IMG/VR virus record: IMGVR_UViG_2923098224_000002
Span: 1-64,000 of that record
Length of the DNA stretch: 64,000 nucleotides
Strand: one strand, 5' to 3'
Origin: a virus
Taxonomy: Duplodnaviria; Caudoviricetes
This document shows, piece after piece, positions 20,189 through 29,884 of the stretch; position 1 is the first letter of the stretch, and every line of letters starts with the position of its first letter. Made by a program: the position numbers and the translations under genes. Below the pieces are notes generated by a model. That model was not told the origin of the DNA. It made no database searches and saw only the letters and a list, made by a program, of their open reading frames with translations.

Positions 20189-20752
20189 ATGACTAGCGTC
20201 AAGACTATCCGGTGCCTCGCGTTCGATACGTCGATGACCTGCCCCGGCGTCGCGATAATCGAGGTACGCAACCGAAAGCCTACGATCAAATCACTGTCAC
20301 ACGTTAAGCCGAATTCTAGCCGGTCACACGCACACAGGGCGGAGGTTATCGAAGGGTGGGCGATGATGTTTCTCGACAAAAACTACCCGCGGGGTGGCTT
20401 CGATTATGTGGTGCGGGAGGACTTCGCAGGCAAAACGTCGACTTCGAACTATCCGGTACTGGCGGCATGGAACGCGTGTGAACGGGCGGCGTCGCGATTC
20501 GCGCTGACGTTCAATAAATATTGGAAGACTCCGAAAGCAAAACAGCCGCAACTCGGCATCTCAGCAACACGCGTTAAGGCGTTGGTTGCTGGAGCAGGAG
20601 GCGCTGAAAAGAAGGAAGTCGAGGCGGCGGTGCGCCGCATGACCGGCTACACCGACGAATTCGCTAATTTCGATGAAAGCGATGCGGCTGCGATTGGGCT
20701 TGCGTGGCTAATACACGAGGGCGTAATAGATAAACCGGGGGAGGACGAATAG
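20189..20752 (+). CDS. RuvC-like Holliday junction resolvase
   Basis: LAFDTS, VVRED, VKALVAG...KKEV, DESDAAAIG. Confidence 0.8.
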   Translation: MTSVKTIRCLAFDTSMTCPGVAIIEVRNRKPTIKSLSHVKPNSSRSHAHRAEVIEGWAMMFLDKNYPRGGFDYVVREDFAGKTSTSNYPVLAAWNACERAASRFALTFNKYWKTPKAKQPQLGISATRVKALVAGAGGAEKKEVEAAVRRMTGYTDEFANFDESDAAAIGLAWLIHEGVIDKPGEDE

Positions 20753-21793
20753 ATGAATCAAGGATATTTTTTAATCGCTGGTAAAACGGAGGGGTTTAGT
20801 TATGAGGACGCTAAAGTTCTTCGTTGCGGCTCCGAGATCGATGCAGAAAGCCTTGTTAACTCACTTAGACACGAGGGCTATTCGATCTTTTACGTCACTA
20901 AAACCGTCTATCGAATCGATGATAACGCGACTATCAGGGAGGCGGAGTAATGGATAAAGCGATGGAGTATATCGATAAGCTGGCAACAAAGCTCGGAGTC
21001 GCAGCCGAACACATTTACGAAGTTCTCGTGAAGCAGGCGTACGCTAACGGGGTTGTTAATACAACAATAGGCGTCGTTCTTTTGATTGTCTGCGCGTTAT
21101 CCATTTTATTTGCGTTAATCTTGTTAACGAAAGCTAAATACGAGAATGTTCGTGGTCTCTATCACTCTTTCAAGAGTCCTAAAAACAGATACGCAGCCAT
21201 AGCGAACGCAGGAGACGGGGCAGTTTGGTATATTCTCATCATCGCCATTTTGGTGTCATGTGTTACAGGCTGTATTTACACCGTAGAAGGGATTAAGTCT
21301 ATACTCAATCCGGAATACTACGCGATCAAAGACATTCTCGAAACGATCGGAGGGAAGTGATGCGAATGTTTAAGCGGAGATTATACGAAACGCTTTCGTG
21401 GATACTTACAATCGCAACGTTCTTTCTGTTGGTTAGATTTCTGGTATGGGCGATAGAATCTCCCGTAGCAAAAGCGATCTTTACGATTGCGGCCGTATTC
21501 GGACTGCTTCTCGTCGGGCTTTACGGAATCGTCCGGTTTATCTTATGGCTGATCGTCGAACCCTACCGCGCGTATAAACGCGAGCGCGAAACGGAGGGAA
21601 CGGCCGAATGATTCACGGAGCAACTGACGAAGGTTTGCGGAATATGAGACGCTGGCTTAACGAAAAACTGATCGAAAGTGATACCGCCATCAGCTTCCAC
21701 GACCGGAAACTGATCGAGGAGCGTATCGAGCGAGAACGGACACAGGCGCGGCTGGACGAAGTGGAGGCTGAAATTGAGAGACGGAAGGGGTGA
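20753..21793 (+). CDS. Four small hypothetical genes (20753-20950, 20950-21360, 21357-21611, 21608-21793), two of them membrane proteins
   Basis: Translationally coupled ORFs with RBSs; TM segments in the 136-aa and 84-aa products. Confidence 0.6.
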
Positions 21794-21797
21794 GCGT

Positions 21798-22151
21798 ATG
21801 CTAATCGCCTATTACTCGCTGACCGGAAACGTCCGCAGATTTGTCGCTAAGACCGGCCTAGCAACCGTCGAAATTAAGCCGGGCCTGATGCTCGCCGAGC
21901 CGTTCGTATGCGTGACCGGTACGTACGGCTTCGGTCAGGTTGCCGGCACGGTTTCGGATTTCCTCGCGGATAACAGCGACTATCTTGCGGGCGTGGCTGC
22001 GTCGGGGAACCGCAATTGGGGCGATAATTACGCAAAGGCGGCCGATGTGATTGCGGCGCAATACGGCGTGCCGATAGTCGGGCGCTTTGAGCTGGCGGGC
22101 ACGGACGCAGATGTACGACAATTTATCGAAAGGGTGAATGCGCTTGGGTAA
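21798..22151 (+). CDS. nrdI: Class Ib RNR flavodoxin NrdI
   Basis: YYSLTGNVRRF, GTYGFG, SGNRNWG, FELAGT. Confidence 0.93.
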   Translation: MLIAYYSLTGNVRRFVAKTGLATVEIKPGLMLAEPFVCVTGTYGFGQVAGTVSDFLADNSDYLAGVAASGNRNWGDNYAKAADVIAAQYGVPIVGRFELAGTDADVRQFIERVNALG

Positions 22152-22350
22152 TTTACTTACGATTTATTTAAAAGGCGGTAGCGAACATACGATAAACAAC
22201 GTCAGTCTATCCGGAGATGAACTACAGCTTCTACTAAGCGACAGGAAAGGAACGTTTTCGGTAGAAGGACGCAAAAACAAACGTCGTACAATAATTTATA
22301 AATCCGAAATTACTCACGTAGTTATCGAGGAGGACGACCATGACGAATAA
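22138..22350 (+). CDS. Hypothetical protein between nrdI and nrdE
   Basis: ORF overlapping both neighbours. Confidence 0.5.
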   Translation: MRLGNLLTIYLKGGSEHTINNVSLSGDELQLLLSDRKGTFSVEGRKNKRRTIIYKSEITHVVIEEDDHDE

Positions 22351-24439
22351 ACACGCGAGCTATATCGAACTTAATAACGAAATCATGATACAGAAGGACG
22401 GCCGGTTCCAATTCGAAAAGGATCTCGAAGCCGTCCGTGCTTATTTTATCGACTACGTAAATCAAAACACCGTATTTTTCCACGACCTTCGCGAAAAGAT
22501 CGACTACCTACGCGAGAACGATTACTACGAAACCGAATTCCTTGACGCCTATACGTTCGAAGAAATCAAGTCGGTCTATCAGGCGGCTTATGCGCATAGG
22601 TTCCGTTTCCCATCGTTCATGAGTGCGTTCAAATTCTACAACGACTATGCGCTGAAGACGAACGACGGCAAAAAGATTCTTGAACGCTATGAGGACCGCG
22701 TTTCTGTTGTCTCGCTATTCTTCGCGGGAGGAGACGCAACCAAGGCGATCGAGTACGTAAATCTTATGATGCGTCAGGAATATCAACCGTCAACGCCGAC
22801 GTTCTTAAATGCCGGCCGGAAGCGTCGGGGCGAATTAGTTTCGTGTTTCCTGCTCGAAGTGGGCGACTCGCTGAATGACATCGAAAGAGCCGTCGGGATC
22901 TCGATGCAGCTATCGAAAGTAGGCGGAGGCGTATCGTTGAATCTATCGAAGATTCGCGCGAAAGGTGAATCGATTAAGGGCATCGAGAATGTAACGAAAG
23001 GTGTCGTCGGTGTTATGAAGCTTCTCGATAACGCATTCCGATATGCAGATCAGCAAGGTCAAAGACAAGGGTCGGGTGCGGCTTATCTCAACGTATTCCA
23101 TGCGGACATCCACGACTTCCTCGATACGAAGAAAATCTCGGCGGATGAAGACGTACGCGTTAAAACGTTATCGATCGGCGTGGTCATTCCGGATAAATTC
23201 ATCGAACTGGCGCGAGAGAATCGGCCGGCTTACGTATTCTATCCGCACACCGTTTACAAAGCGTATGGCCAACACTTAGACGAAATGGATATCGGAGAGA
23301 TGTACGATCAGCTCGTCGATAATCCGGCCGTCCGTAAAGATAAGATCGACGCACGGAAGTTGCTCGAAAAGCTCGCCGTGCTGCGTTCCGAATCGGGCTA
23401 TCCGTACATCATGTTCGAAGGTAACGTAAACGCAGAGCACGCGAACGGTCACGTATCGAAGGTTAAATTTTCGAATCTGTGCTCGGAGGTTCTTCAAGCG
23501 TCGCAAGTATCGGAATACACCGACTATGGCGAGCCGGACGAAATCGGCCTCGACATTTCGTGTAACCTCGGATCGCTCAACGTTGCGAACGTTATGGCAA
23601 ACGGCGACTTCGAAACGATCGTTAAGCTGTCCGTCGATGCCCTCACGCGAGTCTCGGAAACATCGAATATCAAGAACGCGCCGGCTGTTGCGCGAGCTAA
23701 CCGGGAGATGCGTTCGATCGGACTCGGCGCGATGAACTTGCACGGCTATTTAGCGCAGAATGGTATCGCATATGAATCGGCTGAAGCTCGCGATTTCGCT
23801 AACGTATTCTTCGCGCTCGTGAATTATTGGTCGCTTGTGCGTTCGAATGAATTAGCGAAAGAAACCGGCAGCACGTACGAAGGATTCGAGGGGTCGACGT
23901 ATGCGGACGGTAGCTATTTCGATAAGTACGTCGCAGAAGATTTCCGTCCTAAAACGGAGAAGGTCGCGAAGCTGTTTGAAGGCGTTGAAATTCCGAAGCG
24001 CATCGATTGGGTTCGCTTGGAGGCTAACGTTATGCTCCACGGACTCTACCATTCGTACAGACTTGCGATTGCACCGACCGGATCTATTTCGTATGTGCAG
24101 TCGGCTACGGCGTCAGTCATGCCGATTATGGAGCGCATCGAGGAGCGTACGTACGGCAACTCGAAGACGTACTATCCGATGCCGGGATTATCGCTGCAGA
24201 ATTGGTTTTTCTACAAGGAAGCGTACGACATGGATATGTTCAAAGTCGTCGATATGATCGCAACGATTCAGCAGCACGTCGACCAAGGTATCTCGTTTAC
24301 GCTGTTCTTGAAAGATACGATGACGACGCGCGATCTGAACCGGATTGACTTATACGCACATCATCGTGGTATCAAAACGCTATATTATGCGCGGACGAAG
24401 GATACCGGGCAGGATTCGTGCTTGAGTTGCGTAGTTTAA
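22340..24439 (+). CDS. nrdE: Class Ib ribonucleotide reductase alpha subunit
   Basis: TPTFLNAG, SCFL, SNLCSE, CNLGS, APTGSISY, TLYY, C-terminal CLSC. Confidence 0.97.
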   Translation: MTNKHASYIELNNEIMIQKDGRFQFEKDLEAVRAYFIDYVNQNTVFFHDLREKIDYLRENDYYETEFLDAYTFEEIKSVYQAAYAHRFRFPSFMSAFKFYNDYALKTNDGKKILERYEDRVSVVSLFFAGGDATKAIEYVNLMMRQEYQPSTPTFLNAGRKRRGELVSCFLLEVGDSLNDIERAVGISMQLSKVGGGVSLNLSKIRAKGESIKGIENVTKGVVGVMKLLDNAFRYADQQGQRQGSGAAYLNVFHADIHDFLDTKKISADEDVRVKTLSIGVVIPDKFIELARENRPAYVFYPHTVYKAYGQHLDEMDIGEMYDQLVDNPAVRKDKIDARKLLEKLAVLRSESGYPYIMFEGNVNAEHANGHVSKVKFSNLCSEVLQASQVSEYTDYGEPDEIGLDISCNLGSLNVANVMANGDFETIVKLSVDALTRVSETSNIKNAPAVARANREMRSIGLGAMNLHGYLAQNGIAYESAEARDFANVFFALVNYWSLVRSNELAKETGSTYEGFEGSTYADGSYFDKYVAEDFRPKTEKVAKLFEGVEIPKRIDWVRLEANVMLHGLYHSYRLAIAPTGSISYVQSATASVMPIMERIEERTYGNSKTYYPMPGLSLQNWFFYKEAYDMDMFKVVDMIATIQQHVDQGISFTLFLKDTMTTRDLNRIDLYAHHRGIKTLYYARTKDTGQDSCLSCVV

Positions 24440-24600
24440 ACGAAGAGGAGGGAACGAGCATGAATCAACGACTATCGGACGAAGATCTGGCGAAATTGAG
24501 ACGGTACGCAAGTCGGTGTTGTGATCTTATGAATTACGCGAATATCCCGCCGGGAGTTCTGATCGCATTGTTGGACGGATATAAAAAGGAGGACGAATAA

Positions 24601-25584
24601 TTGACGAACGCAAACGCAATCCATACGGCGGCCGACTGGTCGCGCCACGAAGACGACTTCACGCAAATGTTCTACGCGCAGAACGTTAAGCAGTTCTGGC
24701 TTCCGGAAGAGATTTCGCTTAATGGCGATCTCCTTTCGTGGAAGGCGCTGAGCCCGGCCGAGCAGACGACGTACATGCGGGGCCTTGCCGGCCTGACGCT
24801 CTTGGACACGGAGCAGGGAAATACCGGAATGCCTATCATCGCGCAGCACGTCGCCGGCCACCAACGTAAAGCCGTCCTTAATTTCATGGCGATGATGGAG
24901 AACGCTGTCCATGCGAAGTCCTATTCGAATATATTCATGACGCTGGCACCGACGGAGACGATCAACGAAGTATTCGAGTGGGTTAAGGTCAATCCGTATT
25001 TGCAGCGGAAGGCGGCGTTGATAACCGGCCTATATCGCGACATAAAAGAAGGCGATGTCCTTTCGCTATATAAGGCGCTTGTGGCTTCGGTTTACCTCGA
25101 AAGCTTCCTGTTTTATTCCGGCTTTTATTATCCGTTATATTTCGCCGGCCAAGGCAAGCTAACGAGCAGCGGCGAGATCATTAACCTTATCATTCGCGAT
25201 GAGGCGATCCATGGCGTGTACGTCGGCTTCTTGGCGCAAGAGATTTACGGAAAGCAAGAGCCGGGCGTCCAGCTTGAGATGCGCGACTTTGCCGTCGAGC
25301 TGCTGACGGAATTGTACGATAATGAGGTCGCATATACCGAGGATCTATACGATGCGGTCGGCTTAACACACGATGTAAAACGATTCCTTCGTTACAACGC
25401 GAATAAGGCGCTACAAAACCTCGGCTTCGATCCGTATTTCGAAGAGGAAAGGCCGAACCCTATCGTCATGAACGGACTGAATACGAAGACGAAATCGCAC
25501 GACTTCTTCTCTCAAAAAGGAAACGGCTATAAGAAGGCGACGGTCGAAGCGCTAAAGGATTCGGATTTTTATTTCGAGGGATAA
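24601..25584 (+). CDS. nrdF: Class Ib ribonucleotide reductase beta subunit
   Basis: [36 protein letters not shown]. Confidence 0.97.
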   Translation: MTNANAIHTAADWSRHEDDFTQMFYAQNVKQFWLPEEISLNGDLLSWKALSPAEQTTYMRGLAGLTLLDTEQGNTGMPIIAQHVAGHQRKAVLNFMAMMENAVHAKSYSNIFMTLAPTETINEVFEWVKVNPYLQRKAALITGLYRDIKEGDVLSLYKALVASVYLESFLFYSGFYYPLYFAGQGKLTSSGEIINLIIRDEAIHGVYVGFLAQEIYGKQEPGVQLEMRDFAVELLTELYDNEVAYTEDLYDAVGLTHDVKRFLRYNANKALQNLGFDPYFEEERPNPIVMNGLNTKTKSHDFFSQKGNGYKKATVEALKDSDFYFEG

Positions 25585-25585
25585 T

Positions 25586-25612
25586 TGCGCGGTTTTTCTA
25601 CTAGGTGCATAT
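25586..25612 (+). promoter_or_regulatory. Copy 3 of bipartite motif TGCGCGGT-N11-GTGCATAT
   Basis: Directly after nrdF, upstream of the dut/thyX block. Confidence 0.7.
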
Positions 25613-25806
25613 TATTTCACATAGGATGTCGCAAAAGTACGCATGCCGAGGAGGTCATCGCCTATGAAACGATTTATCAGCGCCACGGCAACGATCATCG
25701 CCGGACTGCTTTTCGTTCTACCGTACATCCATACGATAGGATTCCGGTGGTTTTCGATAGTGGCCGTGTTCGCCTTGATTGCGCTATTAACGAAGGAGGA
25801 AACGAA

Positions 25807-26355
25807 ATGAACGTAAATATAAAACGGTTATCACCGGACGCACAGATTCCAGCTTATGCACACGCAACGGACGCCGGCTTCGATCTAGTGGCGGCAAAGG
25901 ACGTTATTATAGAGCCGGGCGAAACTGCGTGTGTGCCGACGGGCTTGGCGTTCGAGATTCCGGAGGGATACGAAATGCAGATCCGGCCGCGCTCGGGCAT
26001 TACGCTGAAGACGCCTTTACGCGTTCAGCTCGGAACAGTTGACGCAGGTTATCGAGGGGAAGTAGGAGTGATTGTCGATAATATTGCGCAGAAAAAAGTA
26101 CTAGGTCTCGATCTTAACCAGCAAGCTATCGAATACTCTGAGATCGATTCGCCGGAAGTCATTAATGGTTCGTTAGAGAACGAGTGGGATTATTTCGGAT
26201 ATTATCCGAACGATACGTACATCATCCGCAAAGGCGATCGCCTGGCGCAAGCCGTAATCAAGCCGGTCGAGCAGGCGGTGTTTACAGAAGTTGATATGCT
26301 CGGCGATAGCGATCGAGGTGCGTGTGGTTTCGGGAGTAGCGGGGTGTCGTCGTGA
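25807..26355 (+). CDS. dut: Trimeric dUTPase
   Basis: AGFDL, RPRSG, GTVDAGYRGE, RLAQ, RGACGFGSSG; RBS AAGGAGG before ATG 25807. Confidence 0.93.
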   Translation: MNVNIKRLSPDAQIPAYAHATDAGFDLVAAKDVIIEPGETACVPTGLAFEIPEGYEMQIRPRSGITLKTPLRVQLGTVDAGYRGEVGVIVDNIAQKKVLGLDLNQQAIEYSEIDSPEVINGSLENEWDYFGYYPNDTYIIRKGDRLAQAVIKPVEQAVFTEVDMLGDSDRGACGFGSSGVSS

Positions 26356-26576
26356 TGGCGCAAATATATGCGTGCTTTCTGAACGGCAAGCTGTACGGAT
26401 GGGGTGACCTCGAATATATGAACGAGCTATTTCGCGATTACGTTGTTTATTGCGAGATGTATGGAAGAGACGACTGTACATTCCGGATAACTACGCAAGA
26501 GAAAGCTCGCCGTTTATTGATTAACGAAACTATTCGAGAAAACGGCGAAGCATTAAACCGATTGGAGGACGAATAG
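26352..26576 (+). CDS. Hypothetical protein
   Basis: Coupled ORF. Confidence 0.55.
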   Translation: MMAQIYACFLNGKLYGWGDLEYMNELFRDYVVYCEMYGRDDCTFRITTQEKARRLLINETIRENGEALNRLEDE

Positions 26577-27362
26577 ATGGCGGAAACCAGAATGAACGTA
26601 CAGCTAATCGCACATACGCAACTAAGCGGATTCTTTCATGAATCGGAGGATTTATTTTACGAATGGGCCGGAAACGCAACCGACGGCCAAGCGGTCGCCC
26701 TAACCGCAATCAGATCGTGCTATAGCGCCAATAAACCGACCGAAATCGTCGCAAAGGAAGGCGCCAAGTATTTCGGCTCCAAAGCGTCAGATGGTGGCGA
26801 AGGCACAGACGCCGATCGGTTGTTCCGACACATCTTCGCGTCCAAACACACGTCGACGTTGGAGCATATCTCGTTCACCTTTGCGATCGAAGGCGTCAGC
26901 CGGGCGTTACTCGCGCAGCTTACACGTCATCGCGTCGGTTTTAGCTTCAGCGTCCAGTCACAGCGTTATGTGCGGATGGGAAGCGATGATAAGATCGGCG
27001 GGTTCGATTATGTATTGCCGGATAAGGTTAAGACCTGCACGAAAGAATTAGATTTATTCGGAGGAGGCGACGCCCTGTTTAACGCGAGAGAGATATTCGA
27101 AAATGCTCTACGTGATATACAGGATGCTTACGATCACTTACGCGAAATGGGCGTTCCAGCAGAAGACGCGAGAGCCGTCCTACCGAACGCAGCCGCAACT
27201 AATCTCGTAATGACTGCGAACCTGACTGCGTTGCTTTCGTTCTATTCTAAACGGAAACCCGGAAAAGGCGCCCAAAAAGAAATCACCGAATTAGCCGAAG
27301 CGTTAAGACGCGAAGTGGTTGCCGTGGAGCCATGGACGGATCAATTCTTCGAGGAGGTGTAA
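26577..27362 (+). CDS. thyX: Flavin-dependent thymidylate synthase
   Basis: HTSTLEH, QLTRHRVGFSFSVQSQRY, EDARAVLP, AQKEI. Confidence 0.95.
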   Translation: MAETRMNVQLIAHTQLSGFFHESEDLFYEWAGNATDGQAVALTAIRSCYSANKPTEIVAKEGAKYFGSKASDGGEGTDADRLFRHIFASKHTSTLEHISFTFAIEGVSRALLAQLTRHRVGFSFSVQSQRYVRMGSDDKIGGFDYVLPDKVKTCTKELDLFGGGDALFNAREIFENALRDIQDAYDHLREMGVPAEDARAVLPNAAATNLVMTANLTALLSFYSKRKPGKGAQKEITELAEALRREVVAVEPWTDQFFEEV

Positions 27363-27940
27363 GCATCGGTATACTAACGAATCTAGCGATGTCAACGCAA
27401 TTACTCACGAACCCGACCGCCAAGCCACCTGAGCCACCTCGCATTACCGAGGAAGAATACGCGTTACAGAAGGCGGAAGCCGTTATCGAAGGCAAGGACG
27501 CTGAACTGGCGTCCAAGGATGCGAAGATAAAAGCGCTCGAATCCGAACTTGCTTCCGTAAAAGACGAAGTCAAGGCGCGAGCTAACGAAAAGAACGAGAA
27601 GCCTCCGCAGAAGAACGAAGAGCCTGCCACATGGCAAACGTTCGAAGCGACTGCGTATACGGCTTATTGCGCGGAAGGATGTACCGGAACCACGGCGACC
27701 GGCCTCGACGTCAGCCATACGATCTATCACGCAGGCAAGCGTATTATAGCGGTCGATCCGTCAGTGATTGCGTTAGGCTCGACGGTTGAGGTGCGGCAGG
27801 CAGACGGCACGACGTTTGAAGCCGTGGCACAGGATACAGGCGGCGCGATTAAGGACGCCAAGATTGACGTATTAGTTGCGAATGAAGCTGACGCGGTACA
27901 GTTCGGACGGCAGTCGGTGCAGGTTCGCGTAATAAATTAA
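27332..27940 (+). CDS. Coiled-coil + 3D-domain cell-wall protein (start uncertain)
   Basis: ATAYT, IAVDPSVIALGS, AQDTGGAIK, IDV motifs. Confidence 0.85.
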   Translation: MDGSILRGGVSIGILTNLAMSTQLLTNPTAKPPEPPRITEEEYALQKAEAVIEGKDAELASKDAKIKALESELASVKDEVKARANEKNEKPPQKNEEPATWQTFEATAYTAYCAEGCTGTTATGLDVSHTIYHAGKRIIAVDPSVIALGSTVEVRQADGTTFEAVAQDTGGAIKDAKIDVLVANEADAVQFGRQSVQVRVIN

Positions 27941-27955
27941 CGGGAGGGCGATCGG

Positions 27956-28801
27956 GTGGATTGGTTCAGTGATGAGGCGAAAAGAGCTAAATCAGAATAT
28001 GATCGAATATTAAGGAGGAATATCGATAATATGGCGAAGGAAATCGTAAATGCGAACGCTAAAATCCACGTACTGGCTGACGAAACACTTGGCGGCATCA
28101 AGCGCGAATACGTTGAGGTCGATAGGAAGGCGGAGGTTGGCGATAAGATCGTAATTGTTGATAGAAATTCACGGAGCGAATCGTATGAGAACGGCGAAAT
28201 CTTTACTGTCGAGCGTGTATGGAAACCGTTAGAGGGCGACGTAGAAAGCGACGAAGCTAAATCTGACGCGAATGGTGACGGACTTATCTTCCGTAGGGAA
28301 TATCACGTACTCGAACCGACCGACATCGTTCATATTGACGGCGAGCGCTACAAAATGGTCGAACGTGAGGCGAAAGTGGGCGAGAAGATTATCGTTGTTA
28401 GACCTGACGAAGGTCTAGGGAACGATAAGGAGGCCGGTATCGTAGGTATAGTTAGTTCGCTCTATTCTGCCGGAGACGTAGGCGTAAAAGATTTTGGCTT
28501 TGTGCTTGGCACAGAATATCGCGTCCTCGTCCCGGTTGAATCTGCCGAAGACGAACCGAAGCCAGCCGACCCGATCGACGTTATCGCCAGTTTAGCGCAG
28601 GAGGTAGCGTCTTTAAAACGAACGGTCGATCGCCATAGAGACGAAATTGACACGCTCCACAAAGACAAACGGACGCTCGGCGAAGAGTTAGCGCGGTTGA
28701 AGCAGGACGGGAATACACAGCAACCGACCGGAACTTCATTCGCGGATTTCTGTGAAGGATATATTGCGTATTCAAAAGCGTTAAAGGAGGCGCGACAATG
28801 A
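27956..28801 (+). CDS. Phage protein with repeated KVG(D/E) SH3-like modules and coiled coil
   Basis: RKAEVGDKIV, REAKVGEKII, EYHVL/EYRVL repeats. Confidence 0.6.
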   Translation: MDWFSDEAKRAKSEYDRILRRNIDNMAKEIVNANAKIHVLADETLGGIKREYVEVDRKAEVGDKIVIVDRNSRSESYENGEIFTVERVWKPLEGDVESDEAKSDANGDGLIFRREYHVLEPTDIVHIDGERYKMVEREAKVGEKIIVVRPDEGLGNDKEAGIVGIVSSLYSAGDVGVKDFGFVLGTEYRVLVPVESAEDEPKPADPIDVIASLAQEVASLKRTVDRHRDEIDTLHKDKRTLGEELARLKQDGNTQQPTGTSFADFCEGYIAYSKALKEARQ

Positions 28802-28898
28802 ACGATGTAGATTACGTGATTTATTACGGAGAGGATATTTGCCTTAGAACTTACATTTATTGCGAATATTTCGAAGAGTCGGAGGAGGAGGAGCGCCC

Positions 28899-29474
28899 AT
28901 GAAGCTCGCCCTAACCGCATCTTTACGTGCAGGCAAGTCGCAGGCCGCCGGCTATCTATCGACGTATTACGATTTCCAAACGTTCGCCTTCAGTGACGAA
29001 TTAAAAGCGGCTTTCCATCGCGCATTCCCTTCCGTACCTGAAAAGCCGAAGCCACGCGCGTATTATCAAGAATTCGGTCAGGCAGCGCGGAAGATACTCG
29101 GCGAGAACGTCTGGATAGACGCATGTATGGCGAAAGTCGACGCATACACGGCGCTCTTTTCTCGTAAATGTGATTGCGGCCTATCACCGTCCCTGAAGAA
29201 TCGCGTACTGATCGAAGATGTTCGGCAGCAGAACGAATATGGCCGACTTCGCGCCGAAGGGTTTACGATTGTCCGCATCACAGCGCCGGAAGAATTACGG
29301 ATTGAACGCGCACGGAAGGCCGGCGACGATTTCGATTTAGCAGCGCTCGATCATCCGACTGAAAAAGCGCTGCAAACTTTCGAAGTCGATTACGAAATTG
29401 TTAACGATGGGACGTACGAGCAGCTCTATGCGAAGTTGGACGCGCTGGCTGCCGAGTTACTTGGCCGAGCTTAG
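28899..29474 (+). CDS. Deoxynucleoside monophosphate kinase-like P-loop protein
   Basis: ALTASLRAGKS, FSDELK, IEDVRQQNE, HPTE, IVNDG. Confidence 0.8.
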   Translation: MKLALTASLRAGKSQAAGYLSTYYDFQTFAFSDELKAAFHRAFPSVPEKPKPRAYYQEFGQAARKILGENVWIDACMAKVDAYTALFSRKCDCGLSPSLKNRVLIEDVRQQNEYGRLRAEGFTIVRITAPEELRIERARKAGDDFDLAALDHPTEKALQTFEVDYEIVNDGTYEQLYAKLDALAAELLGRA

Positions 29475-29849
29475 ATCGAAAGCATAAACGCCGGAAGGGT
29501 ACGCCATATACGCCTGCTTCGCGGCTTCCTCTTCGCCAATCATCTGAAAGCGTAGCGGAAGGTCCTCGTCTTTGAAGCCGGCCGCCTTAATTACTTTGCT
29601 TGCGGCTTTATTATACGAACGTTTATCGAATTTGAACGGAGTCGCATCGGCCTTTACGCTTTCAGGCTTTGCGCAAACAAGGCGATTCGCTTCGTCATCG
29701 TAACCGATCGTCAGGTAAAACGGTGCTTTGTCGGGCAGGCCGATGATCTTACGTGCGCCGGACGAAACGTATATTCTTCGTTGTTTATCAAGCGTTATGT
29801 AGGCGTCATTACTTTGCGCTGAAATCCAATTAATAACCACGTAATTCAC
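29457..29849 (-). CDS. Hypothetical protein, divergent from the methyltransferase
   Basis: ORF; ITLDKQRRIYVS suggests an AbrB-like fold. Confidence 0.55.
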   Translation of the reverse strand: MNYVVINWISAQSNDAYITLDKQRRIYVSSGARKIIGLPDKAPFYLTIGYDDEANRLVCAKPESVKADATPFKFDKRSYNKAASKVIKAAGFKDEDLPLRFQMIGEEEAAKQAYMAYPSGVYAFDLSSAK

Positions 29850-29884
29850 CTCGGTTATACATTATACGGAAATTATATTCGCTT

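Noticed and set aside
22340-25584. Introns or inteins in nrdE/nrdF as in SPbeta
   Set aside because: Both ORFs are continuous and of normal length (699 and 327 aa).
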